A stretch of 64,000 nt of DNA from an uncultured Gemmatimonadales bacterium (GCA_963815515.1 CAWFGP010000003.1:1026429-1090428); one strand, 5' to 3'; counted from the first letter of the stretch, positions 10,987 to 19,404 are shown. The notes: generated by a model not told the origin, from the sequence alone. A program made the numbers and translations.

Positions 10987-11778
10987 TCACGGGCCTGCGG
11001 GTCGGAGCGCGGTCATCATCACGGCCTTCACTCCGTATGCCTCCGCCGCATCCTGCGTTGCCCCTTTCCGGAATCGGAACCCCGGTACCACCGCGGAGCG
11101 CACGCGCGAGAAGCCCGACTCCTCGAGCAACCGGAACATCTCTCCCTCCGGGAGAGCGCCGCCGATTCACGAGGCCCACAGCTTGGGATCGTTCACGATG
11201 GACTGCGAGAGCTGCTTGGCGCTCACGATGTCGGTAATCGAGATCCGGCCGCCGGGCCGCAGCACGCGGAAGAGCTCCTGGACCACGCGGCGCTTGCGAA
11301 AGGAAAGATTGATCACCCCATTGGAGAGCACGACGTCAACCGACGCGTCAGGAAGCGGGATGGCCTCCATACTCCCCTCCCGGCACTCCATCTGCATCCC
11401 GGTCGTCGCGGCATGGGCTTGCGCTTTCACGCACATGGCCGGATTCAGATCGACTCCGACCACCCGGCCTCCGGGGCCCACCTGCCAGGACGCAATGATG
11501 GCATCCAGCCCCGCACCGCTGCCGAGATCGAGTACCGTCTCGCCTGCCTGCAGGTGGCTGCGCTCGTGCGGATTCCCGACCCCTGCGAAGGAGGCAACCG
11601 CGCCGGCCGGCGCCCGATCGAGCCAGTCCGCCGAGTAGCCGAAGAGCTCCGCGGCCACTCGGCCGTGGAAGAAGTGAAAGGCGCTCTCCGGCTGGTCGGC
11701 GACTGCCTGGTACATGCGGAGGATCTCCTCCTTGAGAACGGCCTCCAAGGGCGCCTGCGTATCGGCAATGTCCGTCAT
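10987..11778 (-). CDS. ArsM-like class I SAM methyltransferase with an in-frame TGA (11169..11167) at the conserved Cys position; candidate selenoprotein or nonsense-truncated gene
   Basis: SD AAGGAGGA precedes ATG 11778. Sequence runs MTDIADTQAPLEAVLKEEILRMYQAV..., with the SAM motif 'VLDLGSGAGLD' and 'RPGGRISITDIV'. The track ORF stops at TGA after 'DPKLWAS'. The same frame then stays open for 59 codons (IGGALPEGEMFRLLEESGFSRV...AYGVKAVMMTALRPAGP*) and still resembles ArsM C-termini. If the TGA is a true stop, the CDS is 11167..11778. Confidence 0.6.
11140..11156 (-). other. Hairpin 10 nt downstream of the in-frame UGA (SECIS-like candidate)
   Basis: The mRNA reads UGA-AUCGGCGGCG-CUCUCCC-GGA-GGGAGAG. 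This is a 7-bp perfect stem with an apical loop beginning GG, and the loop lies about 17-20 nt from the UGA. Confidence 0.4.
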
Positions 11779-11897
11779 CGCGATCCTCCTTGTCAGCTCG
11801 GGCCCAGCCATACGTCTCACCGTCGATCTCACAGCATGCGGCATCGCCATCCGGCCTTCGAAGGGCCGCGCCCACCCTGCAGCCGAACGACGTGGAC

Positions 11898-11945
11898 TTG
11901 ACGCGCGCAGGAGGCCATTCCAGTATTCTATGGACTTTTAGAATA
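11898..11945 (+). promoter_or_regulatory. Promoter plus palindromic operator candidate upstream of the ArsR-rhodanese gene
   Basis: TTGACG (11898..11903), N17, CAGTAT (11921..11926). This overlaps the AT-rich inverted repeat TATTCTA-N8-TAGAATA (11924..11945), which ends 13 nt before the ATG at 11959. The region is a divergent intergenic shared with the methyltransferase. Confidence 0.45.
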
Positions 11946-11958
11946 GTCAAGAGGCCTC

Positions 11959-12702
11959 ATGACCAGCGACCATCGCGCCTTCAAGGACGCCCTGTACACC
12001 CAGTTCGCCCGGATCGGCCACGCGGTCGCGAGCCCCAAGCGGCTCGAGCTGCTGGATCTCCTGGGCCAGGGCGAGAAAACCGTTGAACAGCTCGCCGAGC
12101 AGACGGCGACCGCGGTCAAGAACACCAGCGCTCATCTGCGCGCGCTCCGGCAGGCGCGGCTCGTCGAGACCCGGCGCGACGGCACGTACGTCTGGTACCG
12201 GCTTGCCGACGACGGCGTGGCTGCATTCGTCCTCGCGCTCCAGGCCCTCGGCCGCCATCGCTATGCCGAGGTCCGGGAGGTTGCCGAGTCGTACCTGGAG
12301 CGGCGCGACACGCTCGAGCCCATCCCGCCCGGGGAGCTTCGGCGCCGGCTGAAGGCCGGTGATGTGACGCTCATCGACGTCCGGCCGGAGGACGAGTTCG
12401 CCGCCGGGCACATCCCGGGTGCGCTTTCGGTGCCGGTGGCCGAGCTGGCGGATCGCCTCAGCGAGCTTCCCAAGCGCAAGGAGATCGTGGCCTACTGCCG
12501 CGGCCCATACTGCGTCCTGGCGGTCACGGCCATCGAGCTGTTGCGCCAGCGCGGCTACCGCGCGCGCCGGCTCGCCGAGAGCATTCCTGCGTGGCGCGCC
12601 CGCGGGTACCCCGTCGACCATGACCCCGCCAGCCGCCAGCGTGCCGCTACCGAGACGGCCCCCACGCGTGTCACGCGACGCCGTGGAGGACGCCCCTCAT
12701 GA
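11959..12702 (+). CDS. ArsR/SmtB-family transcriptional regulator fused to a rhodanese domain
   Basis: wHTH region 'PKRLELLDLLGQGEKTVEQLAEQTATAVKNTSAHLRALRQARLVETRRDGTYVWYRLAD', then rhodanese 'TLIDVRPEDEFAAGHIPGALSVP...IVAYCRGPYC'. Confidence 0.88.
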   Translation: MTSDHRAFKDALYTQFARIGHAVASPKRLELLDLLGQGEKTVEQLAEQTATAVKNTSAHLRALRQARLVETRRDGTYVWYRLADDGVAAFVLALQALGRHRYAEVREVAESYLERRDTLEPIPPGELRRRLKAGDVTLIDVRPEDEFAAGHIPGALSVPVAELADRLSELPKRKEIVAYCRGPYCVLAVTAIELLRQRGYRARRLAESIPAWRARGYPVDHDPASRQRAATETAPTRVTRRRGGRPS

Positions 12703-12902
12703 TCCTGCGTCAGTATCTGCACGCCGATCACCTCTCTGCCGGCAGGGGGCTGGCCGCGGCGGCGGGCGCCGAGTACATCCTGCACGCCTCTGCGGAGGCC
12801 CGGTTTCCGTTCCGCGCGGTGGAGGACGGCGACGTCCTCTGCCCAGGAGCTCCGGGCGGCGAATCTCGGCCTGCCCCTGCCAGCCGAAGCCTGAGCCGAT
12901 GA
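12699..12902 (+). pseudogene. Remnant of an MBL-fold hydrolase (persulfide-dioxygenase-like), internally deleted and truncated
   Basis: The 67-aa ORF 'MILRQYLH|ADHLSAGRGLAAAAGAEYILHASAEARFPFRAVEDGDVL' joins the usual N-terminus (MI.RQYLH) directly to the HxHxDH-motif region (HADHxSG), about 55 aa downstream in intact homologues. Similarity is lost after DGDVL. It overlaps both neighbours by ATGA. Confidence 0.5.
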
Positions 12903-14224
12903 GCCTCGCCTCCGCAGCGCTCCGGCAGGCAGATCCCGCACCGGCCGTCGCGCTGGGTCTGCGGGCCAACTGGCGGCAGTTCTGGCTGTTGGTGCTCATC
13001 AACGCGTTCGTCGGCGCGATGGTGGGCATGGAGCGAACCGTGCTTCCCCTGCTGGCGCAGGCGGAGTTCGGCCTGGCCAGCAAAAGCGCCGTGCTCTCCT
13101 TCATCGCCACCTTCGGCGTGGTCAAGGCGCTTACCAACTTCTTTGCCGGTCGGCTGAGCGACATCTACGGCCGCAAGCACGTCCTCCTGGCCGGCTGGCT
13201 CATCGGCCTGCCGGTTCCGTTTCTGGTGATCTGGGCACCCAGCTGGTCATGGATCGTGTTCGCGAACGTGCTGCTGGGCCTCAGCCAGGGGCTTGCATGG
13301 TCTACGACGGTCACCATGAAGATGGACCTCGTGGGACCGGAGCAGCGCGGATTGGCGATGGGGCTCAACGAGTTCGCCGGGTACCTCGCAGTGGCCCTGG
13401 CGGCGCTCAGTACCGGGTACCTGGCCCAGGCGTATGGGCTGCGACCCGAGCCGTTCTACTTGGGGATCGCCTGTGCCGCCGCGGGCCTCGCCCTCTCGCT
13501 ACTCTTCGTCCGCGAGACGCGCCACCATGTGGCGCTCGAGGCCAGGGACTTCCCGTCGCTCCCGGAGGAGGCGGACCACCGCGTGGAGCTCTCCACGCGC
13601 GAGATCTTCGCACGGGCGAGCTGGCGCGATCCCGCCCTCGCCAGCGCGAGCCAGGCAGGGATGGTCAACAACCTGAACGACGGTCTCGCCTGGGGCCTCT
13701 TCCCCCTTTTCTTCGCAACGGCGGGGCTGAACGTGGCCCAGATCGGAATCCTCAGCTTCACCTATCCGGCCGTGTGGGGCCTGCTCCAGCTGTGGACGGG
13801 CGCGCTCTCCGACCGCTGGGGGCGCAAGTGGCTGATCGCGGGGGGCATGCTGGTGCAAGGCGGCGCCCTGGCCACGATCGCCCTCGTCCGCGGGTTCTGG
13901 CCCTGGGCCGGTGCGGCCGCGCTGCTCGGCGTGGGCACCGCGATGGTCTACCCCACGCTGCTGGCCGCCGTCGGCGATGTGGCCCACCCGCGCTGGCGGG
14001 CCTCGGCGGTAGGCGTCTACCGCCTCTGGCGCGACAGCGGCTATGCCGTGGGGGCGCTGCTCGCCGGTGCCCTGGCCGACCTTTTCGGCATGGCATGGTC
14101 GATCGGAGCCGTAGCCCTGCTCACCTTCGCCTCGGGTCTGCTGGTGGTCGTGCGGATGCCCGAGACGCTCCGCGCTCTTGATTCGGGGAGCGCCGGGCCG
14201 CGTCCTGACGTGAGCCATGCCTAG
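12899..14224 (+). CDS. MFS transporter
   Basis: Track ORF 12419..14224, trimmed to ATG 12899 (MSLASAALRQ...). 12-TM profile, MFS motif A-like 'GRLSDIYGRKHVLL' and a second-half 'ALSDRWGRKWLI'. Confidence 0.85.
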   Translation: MSLASAALRQADPAPAVALGLRANWRQFWLLVLINAFVGAMVGMERTVLPLLAQAEFGLASKSAVLSFIATFGVVKALTNFFAGRLSDIYGRKHVLLAGWLIGLPVPFLVIWAPSWSWIVFANVLLGLSQGLAWSTTVTMKMDLVGPEQRGLAMGLNEFAGYLAVALAALSTGYLAQAYGLRPEPFYLGIACAAAGLALSLLFVRETRHHVALEARDFPSLPEEADHRVELSTREIFARASWRDPALASASQAGMVNNLNDGLAWGLFPLFFATAGLNVAQIGILSFTYPAVWGLLQLWTGALSDRWGRKWLIAGGMLVQGGALATIALVRGFWPWAGAAALLGVGTAMVYPTLLAAVGDVAHPRWRASAVGVYRLWRDSGYAVGALLAGALADLFGMAWSIGAVALLTFASGLLVVVRMPETLRALDSGSAGPRPDVSHA

Positions 14225-14370
14225 TTGCCAGCGTGTGGCGACGGATCGCCATGCTGGAGTGGCCTCGCACGGGCGACAGGGCCGCGGCCATCCACGAGGC
14301 GGTAAGGCACCCCGATAGGAGCTGCTGGAGTCGCGGAGACGGCGGACCAACGCGCGTGCCGCCTGAGGTC

Positions 14371-14712
14371 GTGAGCACGCCGACGGTGACCGCGTTCGTG
14401 CTCGCGGGTGGAGGAAGTCTCGGCGCGATTCAGGTCGCCATGCTCCGCCCGCTGAAACGCGGCGTCATGCGCGCCTTACGTCGCTCGTCGGTCGGCGCCA
14501 CCACGCCGCCTATTTCGCCGGGGCTGCGACCAGTGCCGGAGGGCGGCTTCTCCGGGCCACCGCTCGACGGGCGCTCTTCGTGCCGTTTCGCCATGGGTAC
14601 CCGTTGGACCGCCTGGGTGATCCGGTCCGGCGACACCGGGTGCTCGATGCCGCGCTGGCCCTGCAGCCGTCAGGCCCCTTCGGAGATCGAGTCTCAGCCC
14701 CATTCCCGCAGT
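14371..14712 (+). pseudogene. Patatin-like phospholipase remnant (frameshifted and truncated)
   Basis: 'TAFVLAGGGSLGAIQVAMLR' matches a patatin oxyanion-hole N-terminus. '..SSVGA' (GxSxG region) and 'AAYFAGA' lie in different frames about 10 nt apart. Only about 110 of the expected 300 codons remain. Confidence 0.4.
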
Positions 14713-14804
14713 GAATCGCATCGCGGACGGACTTGGAGTGGAGCTCGAGCCGAGATCGTTTTCCTGAGACCGGTGGCTGGTGCTTGCTCGCGGCTCGACC
14801 CTCG

Positions 14805-15796
14805 TCAGGCCTCACGACCGCGCCTGATCCACACGCCGGCCGCCGCCGCCCCGGCCCCGATCAGGAGCGCGAGGCCGCGGTGCTCGGTCAGCCAGAGCTG
14901 CGGGCTAGGACGCCGCGCACGGGCGTCGAATCGGCCGTGCGTCCCGTGATCGCCAGGCACCGGCCACCAGAGATTATCTGCGCGGGACGGCGGTTCGGGC
15001 TCCGCCGTCTGCTGGGAACCGTATCCGGTTCGGGCCAGGTAGCGATCAACCAGCCGAGGCGCGATGCGATTCCCCCAGATGGCTGTCATCGACGAGAGCC
15101 CCACCGTGAGGTCGCGCCGCTCGGGGTGGAGCACCGCATACACGACTGCTTGGGCGCCGACCTCCGGCTGGAAGATCGGGGGAACCGGCTGGGGCCGGTT
15201 CGGCAGCCGGCTCTTGACCCAGTCGAACTGCGGTGTGTTCAGCGCCGGCATGTGCACCATCGTCACGCGAATCCCACTGCCGTCATGCAGAAGCTCGGTC
15301 CTCAAGGATTCGGTGAACCCCTTGATGGCATGCTTGGCCGCGCAATAAGCCGACTGCAGCGGGATGGCGCGGAACGCTAGCGCAGAGCTGACCTGAACGA
15401 TGGTCCCTCCGTCCCGGGGGAGCATGCGCTCCAGGGCCGCCAGCGTACCGTACGTAGCCCAGGTAAGTCACCTCGGCACGCGCCGGTACTCCGCGGCCGA
15501 CATCGCCTGACCGGAGCCAGCACGCTGACCATGGCGTTGTTCACCCAGACGTCCACCGGCCCCAGCTCACCCTCGATCCGGTCGGCCGCCGCTGCCACGG
15601 CTTGCGCGTCGGCGACGTCGGCCGGTACGGCGAGGGCGCGGCCCCCTCGATCGCGGATCTCCCGCTCCGTCGCGGTCAAGCCCTCCACACCGCGGGCCAG
15701 CAGTCCGACTGCCGCCCCGCGTTCGGCGAACGCGTGGGCGATGGCTCGGCCGAGCCCCGCGGACGCCCCGGTCACTACGACAACGCGCGGTACCAT
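14805..15796 (-). pseudogene. Short-chain dehydrogenase/reductase (SDR) with about three clustered frameshifts
   Basis: The N-terminal part (from ATG 15796, SD GGAGG) reads 'MVPRVVVVTGASAGLGRAIA...VDVWVNNAMVSV'. The C-terminal part, in another frame, reads 'MLPRDGGTIVQVSSALAFRAIPLQSAYCAAKHAIKGFTESL'. The connecting segment 'MSAAEYRRV','EVTYLGYV','YGTLAALERM' can only be read by switching frame three times between about 15430 and 15520. Confidence 0.65.
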
Positions 15797-16047
15797 GCGA
15801 CCTCCAGGTCGAACGAGAGCCTCACCCCGCACCCTCTTCCCGCAGTGTAGCCGGTTCCGGGGCAGGGGCAACGCCGCGTTTCTCGCCCGAGCCGACCCCG
15901 TGACCTGCCTCACGTATCTGACGTGCCGATCGCGCAAGACTGATCCACCTCGGAGGCAGGCGGCAGCGCCGTCCGGGTACGATTCGGAACGAAGGCGCAA
16001 GCTCGCAGTTAGGTTTCCTCCGATTACGTCATTCACCGAGGCCGTCT

Positions 16048-18057
16048 TTGAGATACGCCATCGTCCTGCTCGTGGCGGGGATCATCGCCCCCGCCGCCGT
16101 CGTCTCCGCCCAGACCCGGCCAGCCCCGACAGGGTCCGGAGCACTCGACAGCGGAGGCCGACCGCTCCCGGGGCCGGTCTACGAGAAACCCGCATTCTCA
16201 CGGGCGGTGGCACGCGGTACCCGCTCTCGCACTGGCCGTCCCGGGTCGGCCAACTGGGTCCAGCACGCTCGCTACCAGATCGAGGCCTCGCTCGACCCGT
16301 CCGCGGCGCGGCTCAGCGGCCGCGAGAGCGTGGTATACCTGAACAACTCTCCCGATACGCTCCACCGGCTTGCGGTGTACCTGCGGCAGAACGCCTTCGC
16401 CGCGGGTGGCGCCCGCCGCGGCCCCTTGCCGGTGACTGGGGGAGTGGCGCTCTCACGCGTGAGTGCGGGCGGGAGGAGCCTGTCGGCGCTGGCCGAGGCC
16501 GACTCCACTTCCCCGGGAACCCATCTGGAGGGCACGGTCCTCTGGATCCGGCTGCCCACTCCCCTCGCCCCGTCCGACAGCGCTCGCCTCGAGTTCGACT
16601 GGTCGTTCACTCCGCCGCCCGCTCCCTCCGACGGCCGCCAGGGACGCGAGTCCGATGTGTACTTCCTCGGCTACTGGTATCCGCAGATGGCGGTGTACGA
16701 CGACGTGAGCGGCTGGGTGACCGATCAGTACCTCGGCGGTGCCGAGTTCTACATGGACCCGGCCGACTACGACGTGCGGCTCCGGGTGCCGAAGGGATGG
16801 GTCGTCGGGGCTACCGGCACGCTGGAGGATTCGTCGTCGGTGCTGTCGAAGCGAACTCTCGACCGGCTCGCCGAGGCGAGGCGTGGGCGCGACGTCGTGC
16901 ATGTCATTGCGCCGGAGGAGGTCGGAAAGGGCGGGGCGCTGGAGACCGGCGGTCGACGGGACTGGCACTACACCGCAGCGGACGTCCGCGACTTCGCCTG
17001 GGGTACCGGCAACCACTATGCATGGGATGCTGCCGTCGCGATGGTGCCCGACTCCGCCCGCGGAGCCACCGACACGGTCATGATCAGCAGCTTCTTCCGC
17101 ATCAGTCCCGCGGCATCAGCGTGGCAGGCCGGCGGTGCACGGTACACCCGTGACGCGATCGAGCGGATGTCGGCGTGGTTGTGGCCCTACCCCTGGCCGC
17201 AGATGACCTCGATGGAAGGCGTGCTCGCGAGCGGCGGGATGGAATACCCCATGATCACTCTCATGCAGTCGTGGTCCGACACCCTCTCCCTGGCCGGCGA
17301 CCTGATGCACGAGACGGGGCACATGTGGTTCCCGATGCAGGTCGGTTCCAACGAGACCCGGCACCCGTGGATGGACGAGGGGCTCACCCAGTTCGACGCC
17401 GCGCAGGGGATGCGTGCTCTCTACGGCGAGCCGCGCGCCGGCGGGCGCCCGACCGATTCCGAGCAGGGGCAACGCGAGCTGTACCTGAAGGCGGCCAAGG
17501 CGGGCCGCGACTAGCCGCTGATGCAATGGGGCGATCTCAGTCCGGACGACCTCTACTTCATCTCTTTCTACGACAAGACGGCGCAGACTCTGGTCGCCTT
17601 GCGGGGCCTCCTGGGTGATGAGCGATTCCACCGGGCGCTCCGCGAATATGGGAAAAGCTGGATCGGCCGCCATCCCGATCCTGCCGACTTCTTCAATACT
17701 TTTGACCGCGTGACCGGGCGAGACCTCTCATGGTTCTGGGTGAGTTGGTTCTATGAGGCGTGGCCGCTCGACCAGGCGATCGCCGGCGTGCGGCAGGATG
17801 GCGACTCCGCCACTATCACGATCGAAGACCGTGGTCTCGCCCCGATGCCGGTGCGGCTGGTGTTGACGCGCGACGGAGGTGGCGTCGAGCGCTTGGAGAT
17901 CCCGGTGGAGCGATGGCTCGAGAATAGGCGAAGCGTCACGGTCGGTGTCCGTGAGGGCCAGGCCATCGTCCGCGTCGAGATCGACCCCGAGTCGGTCTTT
18001 CCCGACCTCGACCGTAGCAATCAGGTCTGGGAGCGGGCAGCGGATTCGACGCATTGA
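16048..18057 (+). pseudogene. M1-family (gluzincin) zinc metallopeptidase interrupted by an in-frame TAG at 17512..17514
   Basis: Signal peptide MRYAIVLLVAGIIAPAAVVSAQ (TTG start), followed by 'HETGHMWFPMQVGSNETRHPWMDEGLTQF' (HExxH-18-E). Track ORFs 16048..17514 and 17521..18057 are in the same frame, reading '...AAKAGRD*PLMQWGDLSPDDLYF...'. Confidence 0.65.
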
Positions 18058-18293
18058 GGCCGGGCACGACTCGAGCCGCAGGCGGGGGAAGGCCGGAATG
18101 GGCCGTGGAGCTTGCACGGTGGCGCGAGGCCCAGGGTGATGTCCCGGCCGCGCTCCGGGCCGTCCGGCGGTACCCGCGCGGGCGCGATCAGGGAGCTTGT
18201 TGCGGCCCAATGACTTGGCGCCGCCGAGTACGAGGCGGGCTCCTGGAAATCAGCTGCCCCGCAGCGACATCCATGTCGGCGGGGCTGTTCCGC

Positions 18294-18470
18294 TCACAGG
18301 AGACCCCACCCGCGTCGGGCGATCGCCACGGTGAGCAGGAAATACTCCTCCATGACGATCGCCCACAGGAGGGCTCGACGGAGGTTGACCTTGACGAGGC
18401 TGGCATCACACAGCGGGCACCGGAGCTGATCGGCAACCGTGACTCCGCAGGACGGGCATTTCTTGGACAT
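18294..18470 (-). CDS. Small zinc-ribbon membrane protein (58 aa)
   Basis: SD AGGAGG lies 7 nt before ATG 18470. Sequence is MSKKCPSCGVTVADQLRCPLCDASLVKVNLRRALLWAIVMEEYFLLTVAIARRGWGLL (CxxC..CxxC plus one TM helix). Confidence 0.6.
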   Translation of the reverse strand: MSKKCPSCGVTVADQLRCPLCDASLVKVNLRRALLWAIVMEEYFLLTVAIARRGWGLL

Positions 18471-18705
18471 TGGAATTCCTCCTACCAGGCCCAAGTTCAT
18501 CAACCGTCCCGCTGATCGCAATGGACGGGCCCCGCCGGAGGGCTCGGGGGCTTCCCTCTAGCGGGAACCGGTGTCGGGCGCGTAAGATCTTGCCAACTGA
18601 TCCACGGGATCCCCCCGGCTCGGGGCCGGACGGCGCATCCCCTCTTCATCCCGACCCTCATCGTGGGGAGGGCTCTCGGCCGTCTCGCACGGCCTCGGAG
18701 CCGTC

Positions 18706-19371
18706 ATGCCCACGCAGCTCGTCAGCGCGCCGCCCGTCGGTGCCCTCGGTGTTTCGCTTCCCGCGATCGATCCCATCGTCCCCCTCCCCCGGCCCGACGC
18801 CTTCGACGACGCGGCCTGGACCTTCGAGCCCAAGTACGACGGGCTTAGGGGCTTCGTCTACGGCTCCGAGGCGGGATGCGAGATCCGCTCCCCCTGGGAC
18901 AACCAGTTCGAGGGCTTCGCCGAACTGCGGGCGCGCGTGGCCCGCGTGCTCGGCCAGCGCGAGGTGATTCTCGACGGGGAGATCGTCTCGCTCGATCCCA
19001 AGGGCCGCCCGGTCTTCCGCGAGTTGCTCCGCGGCCGCGGCTACCTGGCGTTCGCGGCGTTCGACCTGCTCTGGCTGGACGGCCGCGACCTCCGTTCCGC
19101 CCCGCTCGGCGAGCGCAAGCGGGAGCTCGGCGCCCTGCTGCCGTCCGACACGGGGCCACTGTACAAGATCTTCGCGCTTGCCGAGCACGGCCGGGCGCTG
19201 TACGAGGCCACCAGGAAGATGGACCTCGAAGGCATCGTGGCGAAGCGGACGGCCGACCCCTACTCCCCGGACACCATCTGGTACGCGATCCGGAATCCGG
19301 CCTACCGCCAGAGCGATGGCCGGGCGCCGGTCGCGCGCACCCGGCGAATGGTGCTGCGCCGGGAGCGCTAG
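18706..19371 (+). CDS. ATP-dependent DNA ligase, nucleotidyltransferase domain only (221 aa)
   Basis: Motif I 'EPKYDGLRG', motif III 'VILDGEIV', motif IIIa/IV 'FAAFDLLWLDGRDL', motif V 'LEGIVAKR'. It ends right after the 'WYAIRNPAY' segment, and no OB-fold domain is encoded. Confidence 0.75.
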   Translation: MPTQLVSAPPVGALGVSLPAIDPIVPLPRPDAFDDAAWTFEPKYDGLRGFVYGSEAGCEIRSPWDNQFEGFAELRARVARVLGQREVILDGEIVSLDPKGRPVFRELLRGRGYLAFAAFDLLWLDGRDLRSAPLGERKRELGALLPSDTGPLYKIFALAEHGRALYEATRKMDLEGIVAKRTADPYSPDTIWYAIRNPAYRQSDGRAPVARTRRMVLRRER

Positions 19372-19404
19372 CCGGAGTCGGGTGGACAGCACCAGCCTCA
19401 GCGC

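Noticed and set aside
10904-11638. 244-aa plus-strand ORF overlapping the methyltransferase locus
   Set aside because: It is antisense to the ArsM-like gene and its read-through extension, with junk composition. The minus strand has the SAM-binding motifs and a strong RBS.
14233-14949. 238-aa ORF as a functional gene
   Set aside because: Only its central about 20 residues resemble anything (a patatin N-terminus). The rest is Arg/Pro/Ser-rich, and the patatin similarity jumps frame. It is treated as a pseudogene remnant instead.
17512-17514. In-frame TAG in the M1 peptidase as a pyrrolysine or other recoding site
   Set aside because: No pyl genes or PYLIS-like context are visible. Pyrrolysine use is restricted to methylamine methyltransferase-bearing lineages. 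A simple nonsense mutation in a tract full of decayed genes is the parsimonious reading.
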